The notes below the pieces were generated by a model. It was not told where the DNA came from, did not search any database, and was given only the letters and a program-made list of their open reading frames with translations. This document shows positions 62,600 to 64,000 of a stretch of DNA of 64,000 nucleotides, piece after piece (within the stretch, counting starts at the first letter, position 1; the number at the start of each line of letters is the position of its first letter). The stretch comes from Laetmonice hystrix (Eukaryota), in contig OZ249445.1 in the NCBI GenBank assembly GCA_965235115.1, positions 1,860,001 to 1,924,000 of the forward strand. Reading direction: 5' to 3'. The position numbers and the translations under genes are program-made.

Positions 62600-62990
62600 T
62601 TTGTTGAAGGTCGAGGAGATGCTATGTGAAGTATCGAGCGCCCTTCTCTTAAAGGTTGCAATTCTCACAGTGTTTCCCCTGCTAAAGATACCAGCACCGC
62701 GAGGCGGTCAATGTTTCCTGGCAGGCTGTCGGCCTATTCAAACACGCAGGTCTCTGCTGTATGGCCGGGGTCACGCATTGATCATTAGTAAGCTGAGCGC
62801 CTATTGGTCTTTGACCCGCGTGGCAGGCTGTGTCGAAAGTTCGATCATAGGTTAGAAGTTAGTCAGCATTTCAAGGACGGCAGTACTTTTCTTCTATTCA
62901 GGGTAATTCCGTTTGGTTTCTGTATTTACATAGGAGCACAGCTGCGGCTGATGGTGCTTCAAGGCACACTCGTCATAAATGCTATACTCT
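62600..62990 (+). mobile_element. Possible decayed L2-type RT fragment
   Basis: SSALLLKV ... GHALIISKLSAYWSL resembles the L2 pattern TALLKV ... DH.ILL.RL; weak. Confidence 0.3.
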
Positions 62991-64000
62991 GAAACACAGA
63001 AAACCGGTGGAGCTTTGATCCCATGTTTCCATTACGTAGACGACCGAGCGATGATGGCGGAACGGGTGGCAGCCGCCCCGTCTCTAACATTAAAAGCTTC
63101 AGTCATCGGAGAAAAAGAGACGAGTTAAAGTGCCGCATCAGTCACCCTTTGGCCGCCTTCAGCCCAGCCCTGGTCCGACATATAAATCCCAATGTTCTGC
63201 TACCTATCAGATCAGAGAAATTGAGAACTGGCGCCGCCGATTATTTTCAAATCTGGGGCCCTATTCAGAGTGAGTGGTGTTTTGTAATGGGGGATAGCCG
63301 GGATTGTTTGGTGTTGTCCGCGACAGTTTGGTGTTGTCCGGGACCGTTTGGTGTTGACCGTTTGGTGTTGGCCGAGACCGTTTGGTGTTGGCCACCGGAC
63401 CCGACCAGAGGAATGGCGGACTGTTCCCCGACTTTATCAGGCCCGTTCAGGCCTGTGGATCGGCACCGTCCCCCGAGACCCGACATCCCCCAAGTAACTT
63501 ACTACCAACTTCTCGGTGCTGTGTTTAACAGCCATCCGTTTGGGTGGTTGCGATCGTACCACCAGACCGACTATAGGAATCAATCCCAGGGCTTGTCGCT
63601 GGTATAACCCGGGCGGGGTTACCCTTGTAAAGTGAAGTTTGACATGAATGTACAGAGGACGTCTTCACAGGGCTAGCCCTGGTGAAGGCAGACGGCAGCG
63701 TTATCTTGACGCACATTTCTCTAACAAAGAGACGCCTGTGCCTCCTGGGTAGGAGGCAGAGTGCAGCCGCCGGGGTGATGGGGTGCTGTGGCATCTTTCA
63801 AACAGATTATCTCGTTTGAAATACTTTTTAAATCACCCCCAGCGGGATTTAAGCTGTCCCTTGGCCTCCCTAGCATAGGACTTCCCATGAGTAGGGTTAA
63901 GTCTATAGACGTCCTATTCAAAGAGATATACGTAGGGATCTAGACACATGTACTTGTCAGGATGCACATTCCTGTTGCACTGCACCCTGTCGGGTGAGAA

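Noticed and set aside
63961-63993. 33-nt phase 1-1 mini-exon (CTFLLHCTLS) with a GTGAGA donor at the window end
   Set aside because: C-x5-C spacing does not match the C-x6-C start of the two GFRa domains, and the pyrimidine tract is weak; it cannot be supported without RNA data.

Overview
Animal (probably marine invertebrate) genomic DNA, mostly intronic; no prokaryotic features. One + strand, multi-exon protein-coding gene can be reconstructed by hand from short exons that the ORF track fragments. It is a GDNF-family receptor alpha-like (GFRa/GAS1-fold, Gfrl-type) gene, of which the window holds the N-terminal ~259 codons. Proposed exons: 3804-3840, 42870-43034, 50316-50492, 57085-57250, 57660-57796 and 62022-62117. 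All introns are GT-AG with matching phases. Spliced product: MVSQARTLLQTL|VVLLSVAGVTIGINHVTSSATAYPPISCSDGRIACSMDSHCHVMLTAIPRICNTS|GAKCTPKGRLQCRAVQKWLQLTPLFQSCHCQVPAEERAACLQLRRLVYTEYCSHTTPAP|ISGRIVKNMDEEEDKISCIGMRKRCLLDRTCRGTLTDFRRLCRENKKKEECVTTD|RDGCFKMIERLRESGIFDCHCNHVKKYQTRRKCDRIQYRLANNTCL|VAVPYLVHSSKAMATSYEDLLDIVSSVSTPAP. This is a signal peptide plus two 10-cysteine GFRa domains, and the gene continues past the window. The introns carry more than 20 unrelated minisatellite arrays (25-91 bp units, roughly a quarter of the window), tRNA-derived SINEs, several MITEs (two with TTAA target duplications), a Tc1/mariner deletion derivative, decayed CR1/L2-type LINE fragments and a 215-N gap. Nearly all long ORFs in the track are repeat artefacts. 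All homology calls come from motif recognition, not from database searches.
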